The position numbers and the translations under genes were made by a program. The notes under the pieces are model-generated. The model had not been told where the DNA came from. It was given only the letters and a program-made list of their open reading frames with translations, and did not search any database. Positions 37,153 to 50,133 of a stretch of DNA of 64,000 bases are shown piece by piece; within the stretch, counting starts at the first letter, position 1; every line of letters begins with the position of its first letter. Source of the DNA: Octopus sinensis (lineage: Eukaryota); NCBI RefSeq assembly GCF_006345805.1, contig NC_042998.1, forward strand, positions 48,732,001-48,796,000. The letters run 5' to 3'.

Positions 37153-37464
37153 TTTTGTCTATATGCGCGCGCGCATATTCGCTAAGATATACATAATGGT
37201 AGTCTCTCGTAGTCTGAGAAAGACAGTTCTGCAATTTCTTGCCGAACAACCTGCTCAAACGATTTATTCATAGTGATCATATGTCTGTGCCGCACATTAG
37301 CTCACGCTCTCCATCAAATCGAACGTTGCCTGAACAGGTGCACGGTGTACCACAGGTGTCGAAGCAATCGAAGGGCAGTGTGAAGTGAAGTGTTTTGCTC
37401 AAGAACACAATGCAACACAATGCACCACCCGGTGGTGCGATCCTGGATGCAACATCCTAACTAC

Positions 37465-37675
37465 TCTTTACTTGTTTCAGTCGTTTGACTATGGCCATGC
37501 TGGAGCACCACCTTTAGTCGAGCAAATCGACCCCAGGACTTATTCTTTGTAAGCCTAGTACTTTTTCTATCTTTCTCTTTTTCCGAACCGCTAAGTTACG
37601 GGGAGGTAAACACACCAGCATCGGTTGTCAAGCAATGTAGTGAAGACAAACACATACACACAAACAAACACAAAC

Positions 37676-37711
<36 letters not shown>

Positions 37712-37875
37712 TATATACGACGGGCTTCTTTCAGTTTCCGTCTACCAAATCCACTCACAAGACTTTGGTTGGCCCGAGGCTAGTAGAAGACATTTGCCCA
37801 AGGGGCCACGCAGTGGGACTGAACCCGGAACCATGTGGTTCGTAAGCAAGCTACTTACCACACATCCACTCCTAC
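37465..37875 (-). mobile_element. Full-length SINE family A copy
   Basis: Complete head, body and tail. Confidence 0.85.
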
Positions 37876-38014
37876 GTCATACGTTGTCACATGCATACAT
37901 ACATACATAACATGCATACATACATACATACATACATACATACATACATACATACCTGCATTTATCCATATCCATATATATATATCACGTTGATCACTTT
38001 GACTGACCAGTCCG

Positions 38015-39136
38015 TCAGGCGTCCATTTGACACCGCTGGTCACAGCACGCTGTCCACTCCTCTCTGGATCGCGCCTTTCTCATCCACGTGATCCCAATCG
38101 TCCTCTTGAAATCGTCACTCCACCGTCGTGGAGGTCTTCCGGGTGGTCTTTTCCGCTCACGCGGGTACCACTCGATAGCTGCGTGCGTCCACCGATTATC
38201 GGTGAGCCGGGCGACGTGTCCAGCCCATCTATACTTGCTGCGAGTATACTCTGCAATGACATCTCTCACGCCGGACTTCTTTCTGATGATGTTGCTATTT
38301 ATGTGCTCTCTCAATGAGATACCAAGCATTGACCTTTCCATGGCTCTTTGAGCCGTTATCAGTTTTTGCTCTTCTCTCTTTGTGGTAGCCCATGTTTCAC
38401 TACCATATAACATTGCAGGCAGAACTGCACTGTTAATGAGGTTGGCGCGGGTGGTCCTGTCCAACCTTCCCTTGAGCACATCCCTTATGCCATTGAATGC
38501 CTTCCATCCGGCCCTTACTCTCCGTGAGATCTCCTTTTTGATATCCTGGCACATATTTACTTCCTGTCCCAGGTAGACATATTCTCTCATCTCCTCTATT
38601 TCATCACTGCCGATCACCATTCGACCTGTTGGTACGTTGTCTGACCGCATGAACTTTGTTTTCATGCGGTTCATCTTGAGACCTACCGCAGAACTTTTGA
38701 TGTCGAGCTCCGTCAGCATGGTCTGAAGCTGATCCATGTTTTCAGCGATGAGTACGATGTCGTCAGCGAAACAGAGGTGAGTGAGGAGCTCGCCATTGAT
38801 GTTGACACCACCTTGCCATTTGATGCCTCTGATGATCTGTTCGAGACATGCGGTGAAAAGTTTTGGGGAGATTGTATCTCCTTGCTTCACTCCCTTCTCG
38901 ACCGGCACTTGCATGGGTGATGACAGTAGAGCTATGTCGGTGGTGCATCCGGAATTTGCCTCTCTGAGCAGCTGCACATATTTCGCTTCGATTCCTTGCC
39001 TCTGCAGCGAGTTCAGCACTGCGTTGGTTTCGACGCTATCGAAGGCTTTCTCATAATCTATAAACGCAACGCAAAGAGGCAGCTTGTACTCATTTGCTCG
39101 CTCAAGCAGTTGCGTTAGAGCAAATATATGGTCCAT
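38015..39136 (-). CDS. RTE-clade reverse transcriptase, uninterrupted 373-aa C-terminal portion (5'-truncated, non-autonomous)
   Basis: [57 protein letters not shown] motifs. Confidence 0.92.
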   Translation of the reverse strand: MDHIFALTQLLERANEYKLPLCVAFIDYEKAFDSVETNAVLNSLQRQGIEAKYVQLLREANSGCTTDIALLSSPMQVPVEKGVKQGDTISPKLFTACLEQIIRGIKWQGGVNINGELLTHLCFADDIVLIAENMDQLQTMLTELDIKSSAVGLKMNRMKTKFMRSDNVPTGRMVIGSDEIEEMREYVYLGQEVNMCQDIKKEISRRVRAGWKAFNGIRDVLKGRLDRTTRANLINSAVLPAMLYGSETWATTKREEQKLITAQRAMERSMLGISLREHINSNIIRKKSGVRDVIAEYTRSKYRWAGHVARLTDNRWTHAAIEWYPRERKRPPGRPPRRWSDDFKRTIGITWMRKARSREEWTACCDQRCQMDA

Positions 39137-39151
39137 TGTGCTGTAGTTCTT

Positions 39152-39489
39152 CCGGTAGAAAGTGAGGTTGAAAGAGCCATCAGCTCGATGAAAAACGGAA
39201 AGGTTCCAGGGAAAAACGGTATAACATCAGAGGTGCTAAAGTCAGGCAGAGAGCAGCTCTGGAAAATCCTCGCTGAGCGATTTACGCACTATCTAGACGA
39301 GGGAAGAATTCCCTCGGAGTGGAAAGAGTCAAATACCATCCTGCTGTATAAGAAGGGCGACAGAGAAGATCTAAAGAACTACCGACCCATATGCCTGCTG
39401 TCTCACGTGTACAAGCTGTTCACGAAGATAATTCTGAACAGGTTGTCACGCCGTCTCGACGAACAACAACCGAGGGAGCAAGCAGGCTT

Positions 39490-39491
<2 letters not shown>
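39152..39491 (+). pseudogene. Inverted upstream segment of the same RTE ORF
   Basis: EVERAISSMKNGKVPGKNGI...DLKNYRPICLLSHVYKLF...EQAGF, which precedes RKNYSTMDHIF in RTE ORFs. Confidence 0.9.
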
Positions 39492-39523
<32 letters not shown>

Positions 39524-39883
39524 ATATTTAAATATCTCTGGAAATTTAAATCTACACCATGGATTGATTCATCTTCTCTTCGAAACTAATAAGTTTTTTA
39601 AAATCTGTGATAAGACTGTGCATCATCATTAATGAACTTTGAAAACTGTTTACAACCTATATCTGCCTCTAATGGAATTATCTCCAATATTTCATGAGTA
39701 TAACCTCACCCACTAAGATGTCTAGAGAACTCATATGTATTTTAGCTGATGAGTACGGGACACTTTTATCTGCTGCAATTTTTGCAACTTGTAATAAAGC
39801 CTGTCTTGTATGAAACAATTGTACTAAAAACTAATCCATTCTTGTTGCTTCTTTCTCGTATATATATTATATATATATATATA

Positions 39884-39916
<33 letters not shown>

Positions 39917-40201
39917 ATATAGGTTATATTTCGGAATGGTCATTTTTTATTCGGCCAGAGTTCTTTCGTCACACTCCTGTGACCGCATCAGTGGTCCTTG
40001 TTTTCTTCTTTCTTATTTGTGTCTCTCCTTACTAACCGTCAGCCATTTTGTATCTCTATTGTATGTCTTCATTTGCGCATGCTTATATCTCTATGTACGT
40101 TTATGTTTATTTAGTGTGTGTATGTGGGGGGATGCCTGTAATATTTGTATCTTCTGTTTATATATGTTCATAAAAAATCTTGCACAACAAATATTTAAAC
40201 G

Positions 40202-40248
<47 letters not shown>

Positions 40249-40269
40249 TGTGTGTGTATACATATACAT

Positions 40270-40460
40270 ATATCATACAACAAAATAAGGAAAATAAGAA
40301 GGCGGCTTATATTCAGAATCAAAATTATTAACTGGACGCTGAGAGAAACAGACAGAGTTAATTATGACCTTTCGAACATTTGTGTTCTTCCAAATAAAGC
40401 GTTAAATGATAGGAGAGGAGGGAAGATGAGAAAAGATAAAAGGATTAATTGTTGCGAAAA
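40270..40460 (-). mobile_element. Degraded short Penelope-like unit with a decayed hammerhead motif
   Basis: Layout similar to the 10081 and 18230 units; minus strand UUGGAA GAAC-ACAAAU-GUUC GAAA GGUC at about 40365-40395. Confidence 0.4.
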
Positions 40461-40554
40461 TGTCCACATGAATTGTCGTGCTTACGCTGATACAGATATA
40501 TGTACGTAGGTGTGTAGGTGTGTGCGTTTGTCCCTGTAAGCATGTGTGTGGATA

Positions 40555-40624
<70 letters not shown>

Positions 40625-40646
40625 ATATACATTATACTATATATAG

Positions 40647-40682
<36 letters not shown>

Positions 40683-40759
40683 ACATACATTAGTATATAT
40701 ATATATATATACATACACACACACACACACAACACACATATATATATATAGGTGTGTGT

Positions 40760-41185
40760 CTCTGTGGTAAGAATCTTGCTTCGGAACCACGTGGTCCCGG
40801 GTTCAGTCCCACTGCGTAGCACCTTCGGCATGTGTCTTCTACTGTAACCCCTAGCCGACCGAATTTGGTAGATGGAAACTGAAAGAAGCCCGTTGTATAT
40901 ATATATATATACGTATGCGTGTGTATGTGTGTGCATGTGTGTGAGTGCGCGCGCGTGTGCGAGTATATGTGTGCTTTTGTATCCCTGTTTGTCCAAAACC
41001 ACCGCTTGACAATGGCTGCTGGTTTGTTTACGGTCCCATAATTAAGCGGTTCCGCAAAAGAGACCGATAGAATAAATACCAAGTTTCAAAACAGGTAAGT
41101 CCTGTGATCAAATTAATCTATTTAACGCGGTACTCCTTCAAAGCGGTACTTCAACAAGGTTGCAATCTGAAGACTGAAACAAGTT
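40760..41185 (+). mobile_element. SINE family A copy
   Basis: Head, internal microsatellite and degraded tail. Confidence 0.75.
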
Positions 41186-41479
41186 ATTTTTTATAACTGT
41201 TCGTTTACGCTAATAGTTGTGCTAACTTTCATCGGAGACAATTCTTTGTGGCTGAAACCGTAGCGGATCTATTTTTAGTGCTAGTGTCGACCACATAGTG
41301 GTCACTCTCTTATATTTACGTATAAAATTTATTGTATTCCTGGTTTTTATGCACTAAGCCACTTGGTGTTAAATTGATGGTACTATTAAATTAGTATCCA
41401 ATTTTCTCACCCTTATTAGGTGATATATATATATATATAATATAATATATAATATAATCTTTTACTTGTTTCTACAATA

Positions 41480-41650
41480 GGCACAAGGCCTGAAATTCCA
41501 TCACATCGACCCTAATATTTGACTGGTACTTAATCTATCAACCCCAACAGGATGAAAGTCGACTTCGGCGGAATTTAAACTCAGAACGTAAAGACGGACG
41601 AAATACCTCTAAGCATTTCGCCTGCTAATGATTCTGCCAGCTCGCTGCCT
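41480..41650 (-). mobile_element. Degraded SINE family B copy
   Basis: GGATGAAAGTCGACTTCGGCGGAATTTAAACTCAGAACG...GCCAGCTCGCTGCC. Confidence 0.7.
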
Positions 41651-41749
41651 AAATGCATATATGTATGTGTGTATGTGTGTGTGTATTTGTGTGTGTGCGT
41701 GTGTGTGTGTGTGTGTGTGTGGTGTGTGTATGTGTGTGTGTGTGTGTGT

Positions 41750-41788
<39 letters not shown>

Positions 41789-42065
41789 GCGTGTGTGTGC
41801 GCACGCGTATGTGTGTAGTATTTTGTGTTCGAGATCACGTCTCATCCCTAACCGGTGATTGTCACACGCTGACGCCGGGTTACTACTCAAAAACTCGGGT
41901 CCGTGTGTATCATGTCAGGCTAGAGAGGGGGACGATGATTTCACTTTGCAAATACTGATCGGGAACAGACAGTGTGTCGTTAGCCAGCTGGAGGAGATGT
42001 CTTCCTGGGGCTATAAACTACAGTAGCATCGTCCACATTTAGGTAGCAAAAATACCTCACGTTAT

Positions 42066-42103
<38 letters not shown>

Positions 42104-42123
42104 GATAGATAGATAGACAGAGC

Positions 42124-42220
<97 letters not shown>

Positions 42221-42388
42221 CTCATGAGACACTAGGCCAATCGCAACAGGGAACGAAGAGACTTGTGATGTGATTTATCTCTTCCAATAATCAAAAGTGC
42301 ATAGTGGTATAAATAATAATGCAGCGTAGTCGGCCATCGGAAAGTGTCGCACACTGACCGTAATGAGCGCTTCCGTTCCGCTTTTCCT

Positions 42389-42500
<112 letters not shown>

Positions 42501-42740
42501 TTAGTGAAGGGAAGAGTTTTGTGCCTTACCATGGGCTCCTAGGGAGCGTGTTTGTTCGAATAGCTTGCTGTGCATTTGTTTGGAGATTTAAATTCCTGGT
42601 TTTTCCTGAAGAGAAAGCTGCAAAATGGTCTCCTTATTCAATCCGAATTTGGAAATTTGCAGCCTTTGAAACATGTGTAGAAAATAATAAAAAGGAATTT
42701 TGTAGAATCTTCGTTCAGCTCCATTTCTTCCCTTCACTAA
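42501..42740. mobile_element. 240-bp MITE with 15-bp perfect TIRs in a TA-rich site
   Basis: TTAGTGAAGGGAAGA (42501-42515) / TCTTCCCTTCACTAA (42726-42740), flanked by AT repeats. Confidence 0.7.
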
Positions 42741-43211
42741 ATATATAAAACTTCAATTATCCGCGCTAAGGCACAGTTGCGACACCCCATGGTCGTAACC
42801 TCAACCGTGTTTTTTCTGTTGTGATTTTTGCTACCCAGGTATCGGTTAAATTTTGAATAATCCGTAACAAGATAATTCATTTATCCATTTCAATAAAAAA
42901 AATATATATATATATATATGACAAGGTAAAAGCAATGGTTATTATATATTTTTCCTTTGTTTGGAGCAAATTTGGCTCACACCTGTTTCCAGTTATCGTT
43001 ATAGGTACATTACTGATAGGTGTACTTAATTGATCTATTAATCAGTTGAGAAAAATTACACCACCTAAAAATAATTAATGCTACTTTTGTCAGAGCCATT
43101 TTTGCTTATAACAAAGCAGAGCATTGAAGGAATGATGAGTGCATGAGGAAGAAAGGAAAAGATGAAAAGGTGCAAGTAGAATAGAGAAAGAGGAAGACAG
43201 ATTGCATATAC

Positions 43212-43251
<40 letters not shown>

Positions 43252-43267
43252 TGTGTGTGTGTGTGTG

Positions 43268-43825
43268 TATCAATGAACTTTAGATTTGTTAAAACATGTT
43301 TGTGAAGTATTTTAACTTCTAAAAGTAAATTCACTGAAGTTACCGTGGGAAAAAATAGATTTTCTCTGAAGGTAAACGGTGTAAAAACACCACATCTGCC
43401 TAGTGCTTCCCTCTAGCAGATTCCCGGATTCCCAGATGCATGTTTCTAGCTCTTTAGCCTTCCTCAATGGGAAATACTGAAGGGAGATAACCAAGGGCAT
43501 AATCAAAGCCGTAGCTTTAACCAAAAAACAGTCAACATCAGTGACTAAATTGCGTTAATAGACCGCTTGGTCGGAATAAAAATAGCAGCATCAACGTCAA
43601 GCAGTGATTAGGAATCAATGAACTTTAGGTTAGTTAAAATATGTTTGTGACATATTTTAACTTCTAATGGTAGAGTCACTACAGTTACCGTAGAGAAAAA
43701 CATTCTCTCATCGTCAAAGGTGTAGAAACACCATATCTGCTCAGTGCTTCCCTTTAACGGATTCTCATACGTGCATTTCTGGCTCTTTAGCTTTCTCAAT
43801 GGGAAATACCGAAGTGCGATGAAAT
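43268..43825. repeat. Diverged direct duplication of about 210 bp (43268-43480, 43615-43815)
   Basis: Both copies start ATCAATGAACTTTAG and run to CTCAATGGGAAATAC.GAAG; roughly three-quarters identical by eye. Confidence 0.75.
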
Positions 43826-43922
43826 TGCTCACACACACACAAAGATAGATAGATAGGTAGATAGATAGATAGACAGACAGGCAGACAGACAGGCAGGCAG
43901 ACAGACAGACAGACAGATAGAC

Positions 43923-43986
<64 letters not shown>

Positions 43987-44007
43987 GGATGGATGGATGG
44001 ATGGATG

Positions 44008-44093
<86 letters not shown>

Positions 44094-44949
44094 TGGCTTG
44101 CTCGTAGTTTCCATCTACCATATCATTCCACTCGCAAGGCATTCGGCAGTTGCCCAAAGTGCTGTACGGTGGGATTGAGCACATAACCCTGTGGTTGCGA
44201 AGCGACTTAATTAGCCATACAACCATGCCCACCCGCAATTTGTGCACGCGCGCTCACACACACTCTCTCTCACACACACACATCTAATTTTATTTATAAG
44301 TATATTATAACTACATTTATATTGTGCGTGTAGCATCATGCCTTATTAGACTTTATTATTGCAATTTTGTATAACTGCTGCATCAGCTATTGTATCTTAG
44401 ACTTATTATTATATTATGTTTGTTAGTTTGAAATGCCCAAATTTTTATTACAGCTTTGGCTACAAAAAGAATTTGCCTTATTAAAAGTCTATTACAGAAA
44501 ACTGAATAGCGTTGAATTGAATATGCTTGTACTATGGTGAATATGCAATAAAAATTAGGAAGAAGTGTGAAATAAAACAGAGAGATTTCCCTCTTCTATA
44601 AATAAATTGTCTATGTAATAAATCAATATTTGTTGAATAATGTGGTGGTATTGGTGGCTAAATAGTAAAGCGTCTAACTAAAAGCAATATATTTCATCGT
44701 CCTTGTCACTTCAGAATCCGAAATCCGTTAAGGTCGCCATTCACTTTTATCCTTTATGATGATAAGGAGAGACAAATAATACTTGAATGATTAAATCTAT
44801 TACATCTTTCCATTAAGAAATTTGGCTCTGAGGTTTGTCGGAATAAGTTTATACTTTATAAATAGATATAGACAGGATTCTTTTTTAATCTCGTGTAATG
44901 ACTTTTAAGTTTATGTCTGCATAATTGCAAGCTTGGCTCGTAGGAGTCT

Positions 44950-45640
44950 GTATCGCTGTGTGGTTAACAAACTCGCATTTCAACCGGGTGGTTTCTGTTT
45001 TCAGGTTCTGTCCCACTATGCGGCACCTTGGGTGGGTGTCTTCTGCTGTAACCCCAGACTGACCAATGTTTAATGAGTGAATTTGGTAGGCGGAGATTGT
45101 TTGTTCCTTCTCGAGTCATGCCTGGCTCATAAGGGCCGGTGTCCCGGTTTCCTTGGCGTATAGGTTCCCCAGCTGGACGGGACGCCGGTCCATCACAGGT
45201 GAGCTGCAAGATGCAGGAAGAAAGAGTGAGAGAAAGTTGTGGCGAAAGAGTCAGCAAAGGTTCGCCACTATCTTCTGCCGGAGCCGCGTGGAGCTTAGGT
45301 GTTTCGCTCATAAACACACACATCGCCCAGCCTGAGATTCGAATCCCCGAGTCCGCTGCTCTAACCACTAGGCCATGTGCCTCCACTAGACGGAGATTGT
45401 GTGGAAGCCAGTCGTATATATGTGCGTATGTGTAAGTATGTGTATGTGCCTCTTTGTGCTTATCCACCTCCACCGCTTGACAACCGTTGTTCGTTTATTT
45501 ATGTTTCCGCAACATAGCGGTTCAGCGAAAAAGACCGATAAATAGGTACCAAACTTAAGAAATAAATACTAGAGTCGATCCGTTCGACTACAATCTTCCT
45601 AGGTTCTGCAGCAGGGCCACATATTATTGACTGAAACAGA
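44950..45640 (+). mobile_element. Degraded SINE family A interrupted by a minus-strand family C-head SINE (45101-45386)
   Basis: TSD TAG(G/A)CGGAGATTGT at 45087-45100 and 45387-45400. Confidence 0.8.
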
Positions 45641-46499
45641 AAAATATCAGAAACGACCATCTCGTTGATACGAAATTGATCAAAATTTATACAGTTCCAT
45701 GCTCAAAATTGAACCTGTTTAAATGAGATTCAATTTAAATCAAAGAATGGAATTCTCACGCTTCATATATTTACAATTTCTAAAGTTACATTCTGGTGCG
45801 GTAAATTACTCCAGCTTTTTGGCTGGTGATTGACATCTAATACGACTGTGACCTTCAAATGAAAACTCACTTTATAGGTCAACTCCATTTTGTCTTTTAT
45901 TTGTATCTCCTGTCATTCTTATCATGTATAAATTGCAAAATTTGAAAGTTTGGAATGTTTTGAATAAAGAGATCGAATAAGCATTTTTTAAAATCCTTTT
46001 GGTTAGATACACGGGTTCATATTTTGAGGAAGAGGATACGGGAATTTGAAATATTTGTGCCTTTGTAATGTGTGTTATTGAAATTAATTAGTTTCAACTG
46101 GGAATTGAAACATTATTCATGGACTTATTTTACTGGTCATTTTAAATGTTCGCCTTAACATTTACACTGTCTTGTGTATCACATGTGAAACAGGACAGGA
46201 TTTCCCTAGTCCAAGCATCATATATGATACACATTCTCAATACTTGTTTTCATCCACCCGAGTAACTTGAGGCTTTTGAAAGAGGGAGTTTTGCATTACT
46301 CAAAACGTATGAATCAAGGGCTAGCTAAACGTCTGAAAACAAGGATGCACATTTTAGGACAAACTAATGAAAATGCTTTTGACAGGCATAGGGCTAAGCA
46401 AAGCATAATTTATGAAACAAGTTGATTTACGGTGGAAGTTCGTCGCACCTTTCTTTCTGTTATATAATCAAAAGAAATATTTGACCCGAAGATTAGTCT

Positions 46500-46830
46500 G
46501 CGTGGCTATCAAGCGGGGTTTGCAACCACGTGGTTTCGGGTTCAATCCCTGTAGGGCACCTTGGGCAAATGTGTTCTGCTATAATCCCGGCCCGAGTAAT
46601 GCCTTGTGAGGGATTTTGATTAACGGAAATTGTGAAAGCCTGAAAGCCCATCGTTGTTTGTTTCTTTACGTCCCCATAACTCAGTAGCTCGACAAAAGAG
46701 AACGATATGATAATTATCAGACTTTAAAAACAAGCACTAGGACGATTTGTTCAACTGAACCCGTCAAGGTAGTGCCCAAACACGGCTGCAGTCCAGTGAC
46801 CGAAACAAGTAAAATATAAAGGATAAAAGG
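46500..46830 (+). mobile_element. Degraded SINE family A copy
   Basis: GGGTTCAATCCC...ACCTTGGGCAAATGTG and tail GCAGTCCAGTGACCGAAACAAGTAAAA. Confidence 0.6.
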
Positions 46831-47117
46831 AACGAAACTAAAATGTAAATCAAATTTTTTTTCTCGCGGTGTGTTTTCAGAATTTGTATTTCTTCCATTA
46901 ACTGCTTTAACCAACAATATCTGTGGAACATGTGTAGCATGTATTTTTCACAACTATCTTCGCCATTGTCATCTGAAAGATTTTACGTTGCATGGACGTA
47001 TATATAAAAATTGCTATTTTTTTTGTTTTGTTTTTTTTTTCGTTTTTCGTATAATCCATAATTCGCACAGTATGTAACATGTTGAACGGTGAGTGTTAGG
47101 TGATTTACCTCGCAAGA

Positions 47118-47349
47118 AGGCGGCGAGCTGGCAGAAACGTTAGCACACCGGCTGAAATGCTTAGCGGTATTGCGTCTGTCGTTGCGTTCTGAGTTCAAAT
47201 TCCGCCGAGGTCGACTTTGCCTTTCATCCTTTCGGATGCGATAAATTAAGCACCAGTTACGCACTGGGGTCGATGTAATCGACTTAATCCATTTGTCTGT
47301 CCTTGTTTGTCCCCTCTATGTTTAGCCCCTTGTGGGCAATAAAGAAACA
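47118..47349 (+). mobile_element. Full-length young SINE family B copy with a 13-bp TSD
   Basis: TSD GATTTACCTCGCA at 47102-47114 and 47350-47362; 3' end GGGCAATAAAGAAAC. Confidence 0.9.
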
Positions 47350-47977
47350 GATTTACCTCGCATGCTAATAACTTACGAAGAAGCAAAATTTCGAAATAAT
47401 ATCCCTAAAATAATAATAACAATAATAATAATAAATTCAAACTAAAACAAATTATAACTAGACGTTTTTTAAACAAATATTGAACATCCTAATTTCTCTA
47501 TATTTTTTTAGATACTAAAGTGGACTATTACATTAAGTAATAATAAAATCAAACTCAATAAATTTTGACGAAATTAATGCTACCAAACATTTCGCTCTGT
47601 GGATACGTTGAATGGTGTTTGGAAAGACAGGTAATACGGTGAATGATTGAAAAGAATCTGTTTACAACATATATGAAAGTGATTGAAACGGTTTTTATTT
47701 TCTCTTTTGAAAAGATGTAATGAGAACACGGTTACTAGAGATAGGCGATAGGCTACCGGTAGATTTTTCAGAAGGTCAGTGGCTCATATCCTATCATTAA
47801 TACAACATTGTATCCATTCGTGGTCAAGTTATTTAACTCTTTGTCTCAGATTATTTTCACAAGCCTGTCCTAAATGCCCATGCTCCTCTTCAGACTTTTA
47901 ATTGACCATTGATTCATATGTTCTGAGCTTAGGAAGCTTTCCCTTCATACTCGGGTAGCAGAAAAAAAATAGGTATA

Positions 47978-48191
47978 CTCTTTTATTTGTTTCAGTCATT
48001 TGACTGCAGTCATGCTGGAGCACCGCCTTTAGTCGAGAAAATCGACCCCAGGACTTATTCTTTGTAAGCCTAGTACTTATTCTATCGGTCTCTTTTGCCG
48101 AACCGCTAAGTTACGGGGACGTAAACACACCAGCATCGGTTGTCAAGCAATGCTAGGGGGACACACACAGATACACACGAACATATACACG

Positions 48192-48235
<44 letters not shown>

Positions 48236-48785
48236 GCGACGGGCTTCTTTCAGTTTCCATCTACTAAATCCACTCACAAGGCTTTGGTCGGCCCGAGGCT
48301 ATAGCAGAAGACAGTGGATGCGCAATGGCCCAGTGGTTAGGGCAGCGGACTTGCGGTCATAGGATCGCGGTTTCGATTCCCAGACCGGGCGTTGTGAGTG
48401 TTTATTGAGCGAAAACACCTAAAGGCTCCGGCAGGGGGTGGTGGTGATCCCTGCTGTACTCTTTCACCACAACTTTCTCTCACTCTTCCTGTTTCTGTTG
48501 TACCTGTATTTCAAAGGGCCGGCCTTGTCACTCTCTGTGTCACGCTGAATATCCCCGAGAACTACGTTAAGGGTACACGTGTCTGTGGAGTGCTCAGTCA
48601 CTTTACACGTTAATTTCACGAGCAGGCTGTTCCGTTGATTCGGATCAACCGGAACCCTCGTCGTCGTAACCGACGGAGTGCTTCCATAGTAGAAGACACT
48701 TGCCCAAGGTGCCACGTAGTGGGACTGAATCCAGAACCATGTGGTTGGTAAGCAAGCTACTTACCACACAGCCACTCCTGCGCCT
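47978..48785 (-). mobile_element. SINE family A copy with a nested plus-strand family C-head SINE (48314-48685)
   Basis: TSD ATAG(C/T)AGAAGACA at 48301-48313 and 48686-48698. Confidence 0.85.
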
Positions 48786-48790
48786 ATCGT

Positions 48791-48904
48791 ATGTGCATCA
48801 TATATGATGCATGGACGCCAGGGAAATATGCCCCGTGTATCACATGTCATAAACGGGATATATTCCCCTTCTCTGTCCGTCCTGTGTATCACATTTGATG
48901 CACA
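48791..48904. mobile_element. 114-bp foldback element or MITE; related fragment at about 46175-46235
   Basis: Imperfect TIRs ATGTGCATCATATATGATGCATGGACG / CGTCCTGTGTATCACATTTGATGCACAT. Confidence 0.55.
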
Positions 48905-49450
48905 TGACACACAGAGCTAACTCTCTCAAACAGTGTATTCCACCTAACAGCGCTGTTAAAACAGACAAATAGTTCACTATTTCGAAGAAAACTTATCAGA
49001 TTAGTCGTATCCAGAAATCAACAGGCCTGATCACCCGTTGATGGATGGCTTTGACTTCTAAAGTCAAGTAAGTGAGACAAGCGTCTGATGATGGAAGTAT
49101 TGATTTATTATGGTAAGCCAACATTTTGTGAGTACAGTATAAGTTGATTTATATTTTGTTTTAACAATTATGAATATGCCAAAACATTTATTGAAGATAA
49201 TTAATGATGCTTGTAATGTGAAAAAGAATAAAATGAAAATATTCAGCTTTTGAATACGGTTGTTAGCTTCTTAAAACACTCCTCGGCGGTTTATTTAAAG
49301 ACCATAACAAGTAATTGATAAATCTTTAAGGTGACTGTCACCAACAGATATGACAGATTTGGAAGAAGGCAAAAAAACAAACGAGCCATTACTAGTTTTC
49401 AACAAACGACTAACTTTACCAGCTGTTTTTAAGTATGTAACCAGACACCC

Positions 49451-49562
<112 letters not shown>

Positions 49563-50060
49563 CCATCACTAATGTGCCTTACTCACCAAATCTGGCACTT
49601 TGTTGACTAGAACAGCAGGAATTCTCTATCCGAGTACTTTATTTTTATTTTTATTTTTGTGCAAATGCCTATGTTCAAACTAAACAGCAATTGGATGTTA
49701 CATGGGTCAATTATTTCCACCGTCCTCCAATGTCAGGATCAGCTTCCACCACCTCTTCTCCTCTTGCTAACCAATATAAAATAAAAGAGAGATCACATTT
49801 TTCGTAAAATTTTACCAGACTAGTTGTTTCATTAAAACATTTTTTAAAATAAATATCTGTTATTTGTTTCAATCAACGAGATGCGCCCATGCTGGGGCAT
49901 CGCCTTTAATGGCTTAGTTGAACAAATCAACCCCAGTACTTACTTTTTAAAAAAATCTGGTATTTATTCTAGCGTTCTCTTTTGCTGAGGCACTAAGTTA
50001 CTGGGAATTAAATAAACCAACACCGGGTGTCATGCGGTTTTGTGGGACAACCACAAAAAC

Positions 50061-50133
<73 letters not shown>

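Larger units (their letters stand above)
37986..39491 (-). mobile_element. 5'-truncated, 5'-inverted RTE-clade LINE in a (TA)n site
   Basis: Sense part 37986-39155 on the minus strand, inverted part about 39152-39491 on the plus strand; apparent TSD CATATATATATAT (37973-37985/39491-39503). Confidence 0.9.

Noticed and set aside
39530-39860. Protein-like minus-strand frames (possible decayed transposase)
   Set aside because: No diagnostic motif identified
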